Notes: generated by a model from the letters alone, not told the origin. A stretch of 64,000 nucleotides of DNA from Candidatus Omnitrophota bacterium (GCA_022705945.1 JAKJDL010000002.1:127150-191149), one strand, 5' to 3'; positions 41,810-51,766 are shown, counted from the first letter of the stretch. A program made the numbers and translations.

Positions 41810-42294
41810 AGAAGCTTTTTTTTATTGCGGCGGTTTTTATCGGGGGCATGGGATTTTTCGGAAGTGTGCTGGAGGCACAGAAAACAAACGACGCCTCGGA
41901 AATTGCAAATGAGTATGACGGGGACATTATCGAAGAACCGGAAACCGAAACGAATGTCAGGGATCCCTTTGCGATGCCTCTTCCCGCGGAGGAAGCAAAA
42001 GAGGAAGAACCCTCAATCGATATCCAAATACCGGTCGATCTCGATCTTGAGGGGATCGGCATGGGGCCCCGGGGCGCCTATGTGGTCTTGAGCGGGGAGG
42101 TTTATGATGCGGGAGAAGAAAAAAAAGGGATCAAACCGGTTAAAATCGATAAGCGGGAAGTGGAGTTGCTCGTGAACGGGATTCCCAGAACGCTCCGGAT
42201 GGTTCCTGAAGATGAATTAAACCGGCTTCAGCAGAGAAAAGAAAAGATGATGACAATTACTTCGGACGAAAACGAATTTATTATTTCCCAATGA
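41806..42294 (+). CDS. PilP-like secreted protein
   Basis: Signal peptide, small (162 aa), acidic. Sits immediately upstream of the secretin, as PilP does. Confidence 0.4.
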   Translation: MKKLFFIAAVFIGGMGFFGSVLEAQKTNDASEIANEYDGDIIEEPETETNVRDPFAMPLPAEEAKEEEPSIDIQIPVDLDLEGIGMGPRGAYVVLSGEVYDAGEEKKGIKPVKIDKREVELLVNGIPRTLRMVPEDELNRLQQRKEKMMTITSDENEFIISQ

Positions 42295-42307
42295 AAGGGG
42301 AGAGGCT

Positions 42308-44083
42308 ATGATGCGCCTTCGGCAAATTAAAAAAATATCAAAACCAACGGTGATGATTCTTGCGTTTTTGTTTTGCGCAAGCAATCAAACTGTTTTGCGG
42401 GCGGAAGAGCACGGTCTGATCCCGGGCTTATCTCCGACATGCCCCTTGCCAAGGGAACTCAAGTCCGAGGAGCCAAGAGTTAATGTTGAGCGGAGCGAAG
42501 ACGGCGAATACTTTCTTGATTTCAAATCCGCGTCGCTGATCAATGTTCTTAATGTGCTTGCGTCGCTAAGCGGGATCAATTTTGTAGCCGGCAAGGAAGT
42601 GGCGGACCGTCAGGTCAATATGACGCTTGACCGGGTCAGCCTTGAAGAGGCTCTGCAGGCTATTTCCCACGGCTGCAACGTCAGTTACAACTACCTGCCT
42701 TCAAGCAATATTTATCTCTTCCGTTCGTCCGCCGATGAACCGGATCAGCCGCCCCTTTTGACGCGTGTGTTCAAGCTCTATCATGTGCGCGTCAGTACTC
42801 CCAAGGCGATTGAGGATCAATCAACTTCTTCTTCCAGCGGCAGCGGAAGCACAAGCGGGTCGACGTTGGGAAGTCTTGTTACTTTAAAGCAGGAAGATGA
42901 TAAAAAAGATCTGGAAGGGGCCGCTGTCTATAAAACCGTAGAAAAGATTCTTTCGAAACGCGGGAAGGTTTCCGTGGATGACCGGACCAACAGCCTGGTC
43001 GTGACGGATTCCGAAGATCGTATCCGGATGATTACCGATGCGATTGCGCAACTTGACCGACCGTTGGATCAGGTTCTGATTAACGTGCTTCTGGTCGAGA
43101 CTTTTGAAGATCTGGAGCGAACGGTCGGGGTGAGATGGGGTAATGAAAAAGGTTTTCTGGGTTCCGTCAGCGGGGGGAGTATGGAAACCAATTGGCCTTT
43201 TACTCCCGCAAAGGCCGGCGGAACGAACCCGTGGGACGGATTTAGCAATTTTGTGAAAAGCACTTCAGAGCAGTTCAACCCCGGTAACGAAAGCGGTAAA
43301 ATAGCTACCCCGGGGAAAAGGGATTTCCAGAGTTTTTCAATCACGCTCCAGGCGCTTGAAGAGGCCAACAAGATAAAAATTCTGGCGAAACCGAAGATCC
43401 TTGTTTTAGATAATCATCCCGCCTTGATAAAAATCGCGACAAATGCCGCTGTCGGCAATACGACCTATACGACGGCGGAAGGTGCCGGTTCACAATCGGA
43501 CAGTACTGAGCGCGCCGAGGTCGGAACAATCCTGCGGGTGACGCCATTAATCAACAACCGGGATCAGATCACCATGACCGTCGAACCGACTTTTTCCACA
43601 GTGGCCCCATCGGCAATTACCCTTGCAACTCCGACGGGGGATACGACGGTTCGCACCGCGCGAACGACGCTGATGGTCAATGACGGGCAGACAATCGCGT
43701 TGGGCGGGCTCCTTTTCAGTGATCAATCAAAAGATGACCGAAAAGTGCCGTTTTTCGGGAATATCCCGGTGATCGGTAAAGCGCTTTTTACGAATAGTAG
43801 CAAGACGATCCAGGATCGCGAGCTAATCCTCTTCCTTTCGCCGTTTATCATTCGTGATCCCGCGGATCTTCAAACCCCCACAGTGCCTGATAAGAGGCTG
43901 CGCTATGATGACGAAAAAGCGCCGTTCTACCAGATGAAGAAAAAGGAATGGTATAAAAGGTTGGAGGAGGGGGAAGAAAAGCAGGTCGATTTTGAGAATT
44001 ATTTTGACGTCCGTAAACGGCTTATGACAGCAACATTGGACACCCTGGACAGCAGGATGGAAGCATCCTCCGCGTCCCGTTAA
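42308..44083 (+). CDS. pilQ: Type IV pilus secretin PilQ (GspD family)
   Basis: Signal peptide, N-domains, and C-terminal secretin domain (ILAKPKILVLDNHPALIKIA...VPFFGNIPVIGKALF...ELILFLSPFIIRD). Confidence 0.8.
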   Translation: MMRLRQIKKISKPTVMILAFLFCASNQTVLRAEEHGLIPGLSPTCPLPRELKSEEPRVNVERSEDGEYFLDFKSASLINVLNVLASLSGINFVAGKEVADRQVNMTLDRVSLEEALQAISHGCNVSYNYLPSSNIYLFRSSADEPDQPPLLTRVFKLYHVRVSTPKAIEDQSTSSSSGSGSTSGSTLGSLVTLKQEDDKKDLEGAAVYKTVEKILSKRGKVSVDDRTNSLVVTDSEDRIRMITDAIAQLDRPLDQVLINVLLVETFEDLERTVGVRWGNEKGFLGSVSGGSMETNWPFTPAKAGGTNPWDGFSNFVKSTSEQFNPGNESGKIATPGKRDFQSFSITLQALEEANKIKILAKPKILVLDNHPALIKIATNAAVGNTTYTTAEGAGSQSDSTERAEVGTILRVTPLINNRDQITMTVEPTFSTVAPSAITLATPTGDTTVRTARTTLMVNDGQTIALGGLLFSDQSKDDRKVPFFGNIPVIGKALFTNSSKTIQDRELILFLSPFIIRDPADLQTPTVPDKRLRYDDEKAPFYQMKKKEWYKRLEEGEEKQVDFENYFDVRKRLMTATLDTLDSRMEASSASR

Positions 44084-44121
44084 TCGGCATGTTATTCAGC
44101 TAGGCGGGAGAGAATCAAGTC

Positions 44122-45816
44122 ATGCGACTTAACAGCATGCTCGGAGAGCTCTTAATCAGTAAGAAGCTGATCACTGCCCAACAGCTTCAGTTTGCCCTCA
44201 ACGAGCAGAAAGAAACCAAAGAACCCATCGGTCAGATCCTGATCCGGCTCGGGTATGTGTCGGATGCCGATATGAGAGCCGCTCTTTCCGAACAGCTGGG
44301 AGTCTCCTTTTTTTCTTCGGACCAGTTGACTCCGCGGGGAGATCAGCGGCTTAAAAACATGATTCCCCTGGAATTTGCGCGGGAGCACAAGGTTCTTCCG
44401 ATCTCGCGCGATCAGAGGACGATCAAGATTGCGGTCAGTAAAATGCCGGACCTGATCTTTCTGGATAACCTCAGAAAAATGACAGGCCTGGATATCGTAA
44501 CGGTCCTTTCGACCGAGGCCGATTTAACGCGGGCAATCGAACTTTACTATGGATCCACGGATTTGCAGGAGATTGTTTCCTCGGCGGAGGTTGATGCGGC
44601 GAGTCAGGAGTATGCCGAGACGGGGGGGGAGGCCAAAGTCGATCTTGAAGCAACTATGGCCGAGGCCGGACAGGCCCCTGTGGTCAGATTGGTGGATATG
44701 ATGATCAAGAAAGCCCTGGATGATCGCGCGAGCGATATCCACATCGAACCGTTCCACGACAAAATGAATATCCGCTATCGGGTTGACGGAGTTCTCTACG
44801 AACTTCCGCCGCCGCCTCGGGAACTTCACAATGCCCTTGTTTCCCGCGTCAAAATCATTTCAAAGCTGGATATCGCCGAAAAGCGCATTCCCCAGGACGG
44901 ATCGTTCTCGCTTTCTTACAAAGGACGGAGGGTTGATGTCCGTGTCTCGACGATTCCGATCGTTTTTGGGGAAAAGGTCGTCATGCGTATTCTCGACAAA
45001 CGCACCGACCTCATGAACCTCAAATCCCTCGGATTTGAACCCGAACAGATGCAACACTTTGAAACAGCGCTGATGCGTCCTTACGGTCTTATCTTCGTCA
45101 CCGGCCCGACGGGAAGCGGTAAAAGCACGACACTTTACGCGGCCCTGAACCGGATCCATTCGCCCGAAATCAATATTGTCACCATTGAGGATCCGGTTGA
45201 ATACCAGCTTACCGGTGTGAACCAGGTCCAGGTCAAACCCGATATCGGACTGACCTTCGCCTCCGGGCTCCGGGCGTTTCTTCGCCAGGATCCGGATGTG
45301 ATTCTTGTCGGGGAGGTACGCGATCTTGAAACTTCCGAGATCTGCATACGGGCTTCGTTGACCGGTCATTTGGTCCTTTCCACTCTGCATACGAACGACG
45401 CCGTGACCGCGATTACCCGTTTGATCGATATCGGTGTTCCGGCCTATCTGGTGGCCGGAAGCCTTGCGCTGGTTGCCGGTCAGCGGCTGATCCGGCTGCT
45501 TTGTCCGGATTGCAAGGAGCCCTATCGGCCCGACGCCAAACAACGTGCGGATTACGGAATTACTGCCGAAACGATCTACCGGGCCAAGGGATGTTCCAAA
45601 TGTAGGGATATTGGCTATTGGGGGCGTGTCGCGATTTACGAGATCCTTCCGATCGATGAAGAGATTCGCGCTTCAATCGTCAAAGATGCGAATCTGGACA
45701 GGTTGAGAAAAATTCAGAAGGAAAAGGGATATGAGACACTGTTTCAGAACGGCATCAAAAAAGTCGATCGCGGGTTGACTACGGTCGAAGAGGTTCTGAG
45801 CGTTGCTTACGAATAA
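44122..45816 (+). CDS. pilB: Type IV pilus assembly ATPase PilB (GspE family) with MshEN-like N-terminal domain
   Basis: Walker A GPTGSGKST, Asp box, His box, tetracysteine motif (CPDC...CSKC). The N-terminal T2SSE_N domain has an MshEN-like motif (MLGELLISKKLITAQQLQFALNEQ). Confidence 0.85.
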   Translation: MRLNSMLGELLISKKLITAQQLQFALNEQKETKEPIGQILIRLGYVSDADMRAALSEQLGVSFFSSDQLTPRGDQRLKNMIPLEFAREHKVLPISRDQRTIKIAVSKMPDLIFLDNLRKMTGLDIVTVLSTEADLTRAIELYYGSTDLQEIVSSAEVDAASQEYAETGGEAKVDLEATMAEAGQAPVVRLVDMMIKKALDDRASDIHIEPFHDKMNIRYRVDGVLYELPPPPRELHNALVSRVKIISKLDIAEKRIPQDGSFSLSYKGRRVDVRVSTIPIVFGEKVVMRILDKRTDLMNLKSLGFEPEQMQHFETALMRPYGLIFVTGPTGSGKSTTLYAALNRIHSPEINIVTIEDPVEYQLTGVNQVQVKPDIGLTFASGLRAFLRQDPDVILVGEVRDLETSEICIRASLTGHLVLSTLHTNDAVTAITRLIDIGVPAYLVAGSLALVAGQRLIRLLCPDCKEPYRPDAKQRADYGITAETIYRAKGCSKCRDIGYWGRVAIYEILPIDEEIRASIVKDANLDRLRKIQKEKGYETLFQNGIKKVDRGLTTVEEVLSVAYE

Positions 45817-47146
45817 AGGGCAGCCCCGGCCGCCGCAAAAGGATTTCGAAAAATTCGAGTGTGAAGTCCGCCTGCGTGATCATCCCGAAGAGCTCAAACG
45901 TCTTTCGGTCGAAGCATCGACCAGAGACGATTGCGTCCGGCGCCTGATCGATCAGGGGTATCTGGTAGTTAGTGTGAAACGGCCCGGACAGGCCGATCTG
46001 GAAAACGCGGCAAAAATTTTTGCCGTAACCGCCGGCTTCAAAAAAGCGAAAAGCGGGGAAGGTTACAAACCTCGATCCACCTTGTTTTCTTTCACGAAAA
46101 GAGTAACGACCCGGGAGCTTATTTTTTTCGCGGTCCAACTGTCAACACTCCTCCGGGCGGGAATTCCGCTGATCCGTTCCCTTGAGATTATCCGCAAGGG
46201 CACCCCGAATCCCGATTTTCGCACCGTCATCCAGGCTCTCTCCGGTTCCGTTTCGGGAGGAACCCCGTTCGGGGTCGCTCTGAGGAACCAGAAAGGCACC
46301 TTCCCGTGGATCTGGGCCAATCTTGTTGATGTCGGGGAAGCGACGGGGAAACTCCCGGAATGTCTCGAAGAGATAGGGAAATACCAGGAAGCCGCGGCCC
46401 GCGTCCGGGGAAAGATTCTGACAGCGTTCTTTTATCCGGGGGTCCTGACCTGCGCCGTGATCGGAGCAATGGCTTTCCTGCTGATCTTTATCGTTCCGAA
46501 GTTTGCCGTGATCTTTGAGCAGCAAAAAATGCAGCTTCCGGCGCTGACCCGGGCGGTGATCCAGATAAGCGATCTTGTCCGGCATCAGGCGTATTTATTT
46601 CTCCTTTTATTCGTGCCGGTGATCGTTATTGCCTATATCATCAAAAACTCCTATACCGCCAGAGTTTCTTTTGATCTCTTCCGCCTCCGAATGCCGGTTT
46701 TTGGGGAACTCTTGATCCAAATTGCCGTGATCCGTTTTTCCCGCGCCCTGAGCACGCTCCTGAAATCCGGTGTCTCCATCCTTCAGGGTCTTGACATCGG
46801 GGGAAGGCTAGTTGAGAATGCCTATCTGGAGGCAGGGATCAGGCAGGTAGCAAAGAGTGTCCGGAGCGGTCAGGGGCTCGGGGCCCAGCTTGAGGCACGC
46901 AAGCTTTTCCCGGTATTTATGACCCAGCTGATCACGGTCGGGGAAGAAACAGGCCAGATCGACAAATTTCTGGATCTGCTTGCGACTTTTTATGAAGAGC
47001 GGGTGGACACATTCCTGACCCGGCTGACGACCTTGCTTGAGCCGATCATGCTGGTCGTTATGGGCGGTGTGATCGGGACGGTGGTTATTTCAATGTTCTT
47101 GCCCATTATCGAGCTCTCAACTCGCGCAGGGCTCGGAGGCGGGTAG
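45803..47146 (+). CDS. pilC: Type IV pilus assembly platform protein PilC (GspF family)
   Basis: Two GspF repeats with three TM segments. 447 aa. Confidence 0.8.
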   Translation: MLTNKGQPRPPQKDFEKFECEVRLRDHPEELKRLSVEASTRDDCVRRLIDQGYLVVSVKRPGQADLENAAKIFAVTAGFKKAKSGEGYKPRSTLFSFTKRVTTRELIFFAVQLSTLLRAGIPLIRSLEIIRKGTPNPDFRTVIQALSGSVSGGTPFGVALRNQKGTFPWIWANLVDVGEATGKLPECLEEIGKYQEAAARVRGKILTAFFYPGVLTCAVIGAMAFLLIFIVPKFAVIFEQQKMQLPALTRAVIQISDLVRHQAYLFLLLFVPVIVIAYIIKNSYTARVSFDLFRLRMPVFGELLIQIAVIRFSRALSTLLKSGVSILQGLDIGGRLVENAYLEAGIRQVAKSVRSGQGLGAQLEARKLFPVFMTQLITVGEETGQIDKFLDLLATFYEERVDTFLTRLTTLLEPIMLVVMGGVIGTVVISMFLPIIELSTRAGLGGG

Positions 47147-47208
47147 GGGGAAAGTGCGAGACAGTACAGTATAGTCAAGCGAATTTTTTTAAAAAAAGGA
47201 GAATCATC

Positions 47209-47628
47209 ATGAATCGAAAAGGTTTTACGCTTATTGAGGTTTTGATCGTGATCGTGATCATTGCGATCCTTGCGGCCCTGATCCTGCCGAGGATCCTACC
47301 GCAAACAGAAAAAGCCTACGTTTCTGAAGCGCTTCAAATGCTCGGGACGTTAAAGCGTGCGCAGATGACGCTTTTGGATGTTACCAATAATGAAGACGGC
47401 GACTGGTTGGCTGTGGCAAGTAATACCGATGATAATCTTGAAAAGCTCGGTATTAAGATTATGGAAGGGGCTGCTTTTACGTATACTTGCGATGCGTCAA
47501 ACAAATCATGCACGGCGACAAGAACAAGTGATGCAAGCCGGACCATCACGATGAACGCAACCAGTGTGTCATGCGGCTCAAACTATACAGAGGTCAAGGC
47601 GAACAATGTTACGGTCGGGTGTGCCTAA
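47209..47628 (+). CDS. Prepilin-type N-terminal cleavage/methylation domain protein (pilin paralog 1)
   Basis: MNRKGFTLIEVLIVIVIIAILAALILP class-III signal (G/F cleavage site, Glu+5). An AAAGGAG RBS lies upstream. Confidence 0.7.
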   Translation: MNRKGFTLIEVLIVIVIIAILAALILPRILPQTEKAYVSEALQMLGTLKRAQMTLLDVTNNEDGDWLAVASNTDDNLEKLGIKIMEGAAFTYTCDASNKSCTATRTSDASRTITMNATSVSCGSNYTEVKANNVTVGCA

Positions 47629-47652
47629 AAATATTAGGCGGGATACCGGTGG

Positions 47653-48105
47653 TTGTGCGGGATTCCGGGTGATGAAATAGTGCGGAGAAAAACAAAAAAT
47701 AAAAAGGGTTTTACGCTGGTTGAGCTTCTTGTAACGATTGCGGTTGTCACGATCCTGGCCATGATCGCGCTGCCGAATTTGGGTCCGCACCGCGAAAAAA
47801 CGATCGTTAAGGAAGCCATCGTCAATCTCCAGGCTATTCGTCAGGGGGAGCACTCGTATCGGCTCGATAACAACGGCTATCTCCGGATTAGCGCCGGTGC
47901 GAGTACCTCGGAATGGAGCAAGATCGGCCTTGAGAAGCCCGACACGCGCAATTTTCAGTTTTCTGTAGCGGGGAACGAGGCTGTCGCGACGCGGCAGAAT
48001 TCGCGGAACACAGAGTATAACGGCCGCACGATTCGCATTAACCTGGAGAACGGGCGCTGGAATACCGCCGCGGGTGATTATCATCCGCTCGGGCCTCAAA
48101 ATTAA
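47653..48105 (+). CDS. Prepilin-type pilin paralog 2
   Basis: KKGFTLVELLVTIAVVTILAMIALP. The leader is long if translation begins at the ATG at 47653; an in-frame GTG at about 47683 would give a typical short leader. Confidence 0.65.
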   Translation: MCGIPGDEIVRRKTKNKKGFTLVELLVTIAVVTILAMIALPNLGPHREKTIVKEAIVNLQAIRQGEHSYRLDNNGYLRISAGASTSEWSKIGLEKPDTRNFQFSVAGNEAVATRQNSRNTEYNGRTIRINLENGRWNTAAGDYHPLGPQN

Positions 48106-48145
48106 AGGGCCTGTCTCGGGCCGAAGGTGAACAAAGGGGATCGCA

Positions 48146-48565
48146 ATGAACAAAAGAAGAGCGGGAGGATTCGGGTTTACGTTGACGGAGCTTTTGATCG
48201 TGATTGTGGTGATCGGAATTCTTGCCGCGATCGGGATCCCCAGGTTCGCGGCGCAAAAAGATAAGGCCTATGTTGCCGAGGCCGTGAATATCATGAGCGC
48301 GATTCGTCAAGGCCAGCTTGCCTACCGGCTTGAGCATTCGACTTACAAGAATCTGACGACTACGGATAATTGGGATGTCATTGGTATGAGTAATCCGAAT
48401 AACTCTAGCGCAAAATTTGAATATACAGTAACAAATGCTGACGCGGATTCGGCTATTATCGAAGCAGAACAAACTATTGCGGGGCCGGCGCAAGATGAGG
48501 CCATCGAATTGGATGTTGCCAGCGGGAATTGGAGCGGGGATCACCGGTTCCGCCCCAGGAATTGA
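48146..48565 (+). CDS. Prepilin-type pilin paralog 3
   Basis: GGFGFTLTELLIVIVVIGILAAIGIP. Confidence 0.7.
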   Translation: MNKRRAGGFGFTLTELLIVIVVIGILAAIGIPRFAAQKDKAYVAEAVNIMSAIRQGQLAYRLEHSTYKNLTTTDNWDVIGMSNPNNSSAKFEYTVTNADADSAIIEAEQTIAGPAQDEAIELDVASGNWSGDHRFRPRN

Positions 48566-48611
48566 TTTGTTCGGTTTGCACCAGGATCCAAAACGGAATG
48601 AGGTGTCGGTT

Positions 48612-49055
48612 ATGCGGATAGCCGGAAAAGAGTCAAAAGGGTTTACGCTGATTGAGGTTCTTATCGTTATAGTTATTATCAGCGTTTTGGCGGCGCTTGT
48701 AATCCCGCGTTTCACAGGTCACGGAGAACGGGCCAGGGCCGCCGAGGCCGTGGTGACCCTGGGAGCGTTGCACCGCGCAATGGCCCAGTATTTTGATGAG
48801 GTGGGGGAGTATCCGGCACTTAACAGCACTGATGACATTGACAGGGAACTCGGAATTGGGATCACCGTGACGCAAGGTTGGAAATTCAGCACGGCGGCGG
48901 ATGGTTCCGTTACGGCTTCTCTCGGTGCCGGCGAAGGCGCGTCGTCGCTGACCCTCAATATCGACGGAACCTGGGGAGGGGCCGGGGATTATGCTCCGGG
49001 CGGCAAATATTCCCCCTATCTTCCGGGATCCGCAAATGCTGCCCCTGATCCCTAA
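48612..49055 (+). CDS. Prepilin-type pilin paralog 4
   Basis: MRIAGKESKGFTLIEVLIVIVIISVLAALVIP. Start chosen at 48612; the ORF track starts at 48435 inside the previous gene. Confidence 0.7.
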   Translation: MRIAGKESKGFTLIEVLIVIVIISVLAALVIPRFTGHGERARAAEAVVTLGALHRAMAQYFDEVGEYPALNSTDDIDRELGIGITVTQGWKFSTAADGSVTASLGAGEGASSLTLNIDGTWGGAGDYAPGGKYSPYLPGSANAAPDP

Positions 49056-49084
49056 ATTTGAGTCTTGCAAGTTGAAACCTCTCC

Positions 49085-49852
49085 ATGGCGGATGTTGACG
49101 GGCTTGCGGCGGCAATGAAAAGTCTTCTTGTTTTTGAAGGGCCGGGCGGGCTGTGGAGTGTTTTTCTTGAGAAATATTTTTCGGATGTGTCCGTTCGCTT
49201 GATCCGTTGCGCGGATAAGCACGCGGCGGCTTCTTTTTTTGACAGAGTCTCTCCCGCGGCTGTTTTTATAGAGCCTTCATTTTTGAACCTTTCCCTTATC
49301 CAGAAGATTAAAGTCCGCTGCCAGACCGATCCTCTTTTCCGCGTTTATCGGATCGGCCCGCAAGCCTCCGCTAAAAACGATATTTTTTTCCACACCATCT
49401 TCGATCAGCCAGTTCCTCATGAATTCGAGAAAAAATGGCCGGAGACATTGCCGCTTCCGGATATTGTGAAGCTTCTCGTTATCGATGACGAACAGGAGAT
49501 CGGGAGCATGGTCCGCGATTATTTCGAGGGGAGGAGCGCTCCGGCCTTTGAGATACGTCACGCGCTGAACGGCCGTGAAGGGATGGAGGCGATCGAAAGG
49601 GCGCGTCCCGATATCATTATCCTCGACATCAAAATGCCGGTTATGGACGGCCGGGAGTTCTATCATGAACTGAAACGGAAGGGTATCAATATCCCGGTCA
49701 TTATTTTCTTTGATTCGATTTCGGGCGAGGAACTCCGGGAGATCCGCAAGTTCGGAACGCCCCCCGCGGCCGAAAAAGGAAGCCGGGCGGGAGCGCTTCC
49801 GGGGCTCATGGCTCTGATCAAAAAAACAATCTATCTCGAAGGGAAAAACTAG
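49085..49852 (+). CDS. Response regulator with degenerate N-terminal receiver-like domain plus canonical C-terminal receiver domain, no output domain
   Basis: The C-terminal REC (LLVIDDEQEIG...IIILDIKMPVMDG...) is canonical. The N-terminal 125 aa has REC-like topology without the acidic pocket. Confidence 0.55.
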   Translation: MADVDGLAAAMKSLLVFEGPGGLWSVFLEKYFSDVSVRLIRCADKHAAASFFDRVSPAAVFIEPSFLNLSLIQKIKVRCQTDPLFRVYRIGPQASAKNDIFFHTIFDQPVPHEFEKKWPETLPLPDIVKLLVIDDEQEIGSMVRDYFEGRSAPAFEIRHALNGREGMEAIERARPDIIILDIKMPVMDGREFYHELKRKGINIPVIIFFDSISGEELREIRKFGTPPAAEKGSRAGALPGLMALIKKTIYLEGKN

Positions 49853-51766
49853 ATGTTCCTCCGGAGCCTCGTTCTTTGGATTCTTTTCCCCGCATGGGTT
49901 TTTGCGGCGGTCCCCGCGGATGACGCTTTCCTTGATGAAGTCCAGGAGCGATCGTTCCGGTATTTCCTCGATGAGGTGAATCCCTACAACGGTCTTGTGC
50001 GCGACAGCGCGTCGCACCGGGAAGGGATTGCCGGAAGGGCCCCTGCCAGCATCGCGGCGACGGGGTTTGCCCTGACAGCGTATCCGGCAGGGGTGGAGAG
50101 GGGATGGATGGATCGCGGCAAAGCGCGGGAACTTACCCGACGGACCCTCGAATTTTTTCTTCGGCAAGCTCCCCATCAAAAAGGTTTTTTCTATCATTTT
50201 CTGGATTTTGAAACGGGGAAACGTGTCAAAAATTCGGAGCTTTCCCCCATCGACACAGCACTTTTCCTTGCGGGAGCGGTTTTTGCCGGGGAATATTACG
50301 GCGACCCTGAAATCCGGGACCTTGCGCGAAAAATTTATGAAAGGGTCGATTTTCCGTGGATGATGAACAAAGGGGAATCACTGGCCCTGTCCTGGACCCC
50401 CGAATCGGGTTTTAGCCGGCTGAGGTGGGATCATTTTGACGAGTCACTCCTCCTCTATGTTCTCGCGATCGGAGCGCCCGACGGCGGGCACCCCCTGCCT
50501 CCTGCGGTTTGGGGGAAGCTTCAGCGGCCCGCGGGAAGTTATCGGGATTATCGTCTTATACAAATGCCGCCTCTTTTTACCCATCAGTATCCGCAAATCT
50601 GGCTCGATCTGAAAAACAAGAACGACGGGCAGGCAGATTATTTCAAGAATTCCGTGAACGCGACGCTTGCCAACAAGGCTTTTTGCGAAGATCAGGCCTC
50701 GAAATATCGGACTTACCGGGAAGGTTTCTGGGGGCTTTCCGCCTCGGACGGCCCATCGGGTTATAAGGCTTATGGGGCCCCGCCCGGATGGTCCGTGGTT
50801 CATGACGGAACGGTGGCCCCGACCGCGTGCGGATCGTCGATCGTTTTTACTCCGGAAGAGTCGATCGCCTGCCTCAGGCGGTTTCGTGAAAAATACGGCG
50901 AAAAAATGTGGGGACGATACGGTTTTGCCGACGCAATGAACGTGGATAAGAACTGGATGAGCGATAAAGTGATCGGGATCGACCAGGGGGCGCTTTTGTT
51001 GATGATCGAAAATTACAGAACAGGTTTTGTGTGGCGCCACATGATGAAAAATGAATTTGTCCGAAACGCGCTTCAGAAAATAGGTTTCAGGGAAGGGAGT
51101 GTGGAGCTTCCCTGGCCGGAGCCGCCGGTTTATCGGGCGCCTTACGTCCCCGACAGGATCAATGTGGATGCCATGCTCCGGGATTGGCCTGCCGGGGGAG
51201 CGATTCATTTGACTTCCGAGGGCCACGCGGAATTCGGGCAAATCAGCGGTTCCAAGGATCTTTCGGCCAAGATACGTTTCGCGTGGGATGAGACCTTCCT
51301 CTATTTTATCGCACAAGTGAATGACGATCATGTCCAGATCAGACGGACTGGCAGGAATATCTGGCGGGACGATCTTGTGGAACTTTATATCGATCCGGAC
51401 GGGGACGGATTCTATTGGGATTCCCCGTCGGATTATCAGATCGGTTTCCGTCCGTCGTCGGACGCCCATAACGAAATGGAAGTCTGGTCATGGTTCCAGG
51501 GAGGGGAGTCTTTCCTCGAATCGGGCAAAGCGCTGGCGGCTTCCTACACGGATGCTCAGGGCTATATCGTCGAGGGGGCGATCCGCTGGGAAGCGCTTGG
51601 CGTCAGGCCTCGGCCCTCACTTTCCATTTCGATCTCACCGGCGGTTCATGATGTTGACCCCAGGGAAGGAGATGCCAAACTGGTTTGGTTTTTTCGCAAT
51701 GAACGGGAGTTCCAGCGTTTTGTCCTCGGGCGGGTGATTCTTGAAGAAGCAAAGGGAGGAGCATGA
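49853..51766 (+). CDS. Secreted glycoside-hydrolase-like protein (GH144/DUF3131-like alpha/alpha-barrel core) with C-terminal CBM9-like carbohydrate-binding domain
   Basis: Signal peptide. Core motifs (YHFLDFETG, DTALFLAGA, FWGLSASDGP, YGFADAMN) recall the DUF3131 / beta-1,2-glucanase family. The C-terminal approximately 200 aa (LYIDPDGDGFYW...) resembles CBM9/DOMON-like modules. The family assignment is by recall only. Confidence 0.45.
   Translation: MFLRSLVLWILFPAWVFAAVPADDAFLDEVQERSFRYFLDEVNPYNGLVRDSASHREGIAGRAPASIAATGFALTAYPAGVERGWMDRGKARELTRRTLEFFLRQAPHQKGFFYHFLDFETGKRVKNSELSPIDTALFLAGAVFAGEYYGDPEIRDLARKIYERVDFPWMMNKGESLALSWTPESGFSRLRWDHFDESLLLYVLAIGAPDGGHPLPPAVWGKLQRPAGSYRDYRLIQMPPLFTHQYPQIWLDLKNKNDGQADYFKNSVNATLANKAFCEDQASKYRTYREGFWGLSASDGPSGYKAYGAPPGWSVVHDGTVAPTACGSSIVFTPEESIACLRRFREKYGEKMWGRYGFADAMNVDKNWMSDKVIGIDQGALLLMIENYRTGFVWRHMMKNEFVRNALQKIGFREGSVELPWPEPPVYRAPYVPDRINVDAMLRDWPAGGAIHLTSEGHAEFGQISGSKDLSAKIRFAWDETFLYFIAQVNDDHVQIRRTGRNIWRDDLVELYIDPDGDGFYWDSPSDYQIGFRPSSDAHNEMEVWSWFQGGESFLESGKALAASYTDAQGYIVEGAIRWEALGVRPRPSLSISISPAVHDVDPREGDAKLVWFFRNEREFQRFVLGRVILEEAKGGA

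Noticed and set aside
47147-47208. Possible sigma54 promoter upstream of the first pilin
   Set aside because: No GG-N10-GC (TGGCAC-N5-TTGC) element found. Only a weak TATAGT -10-like hexamer without a convincing -35.
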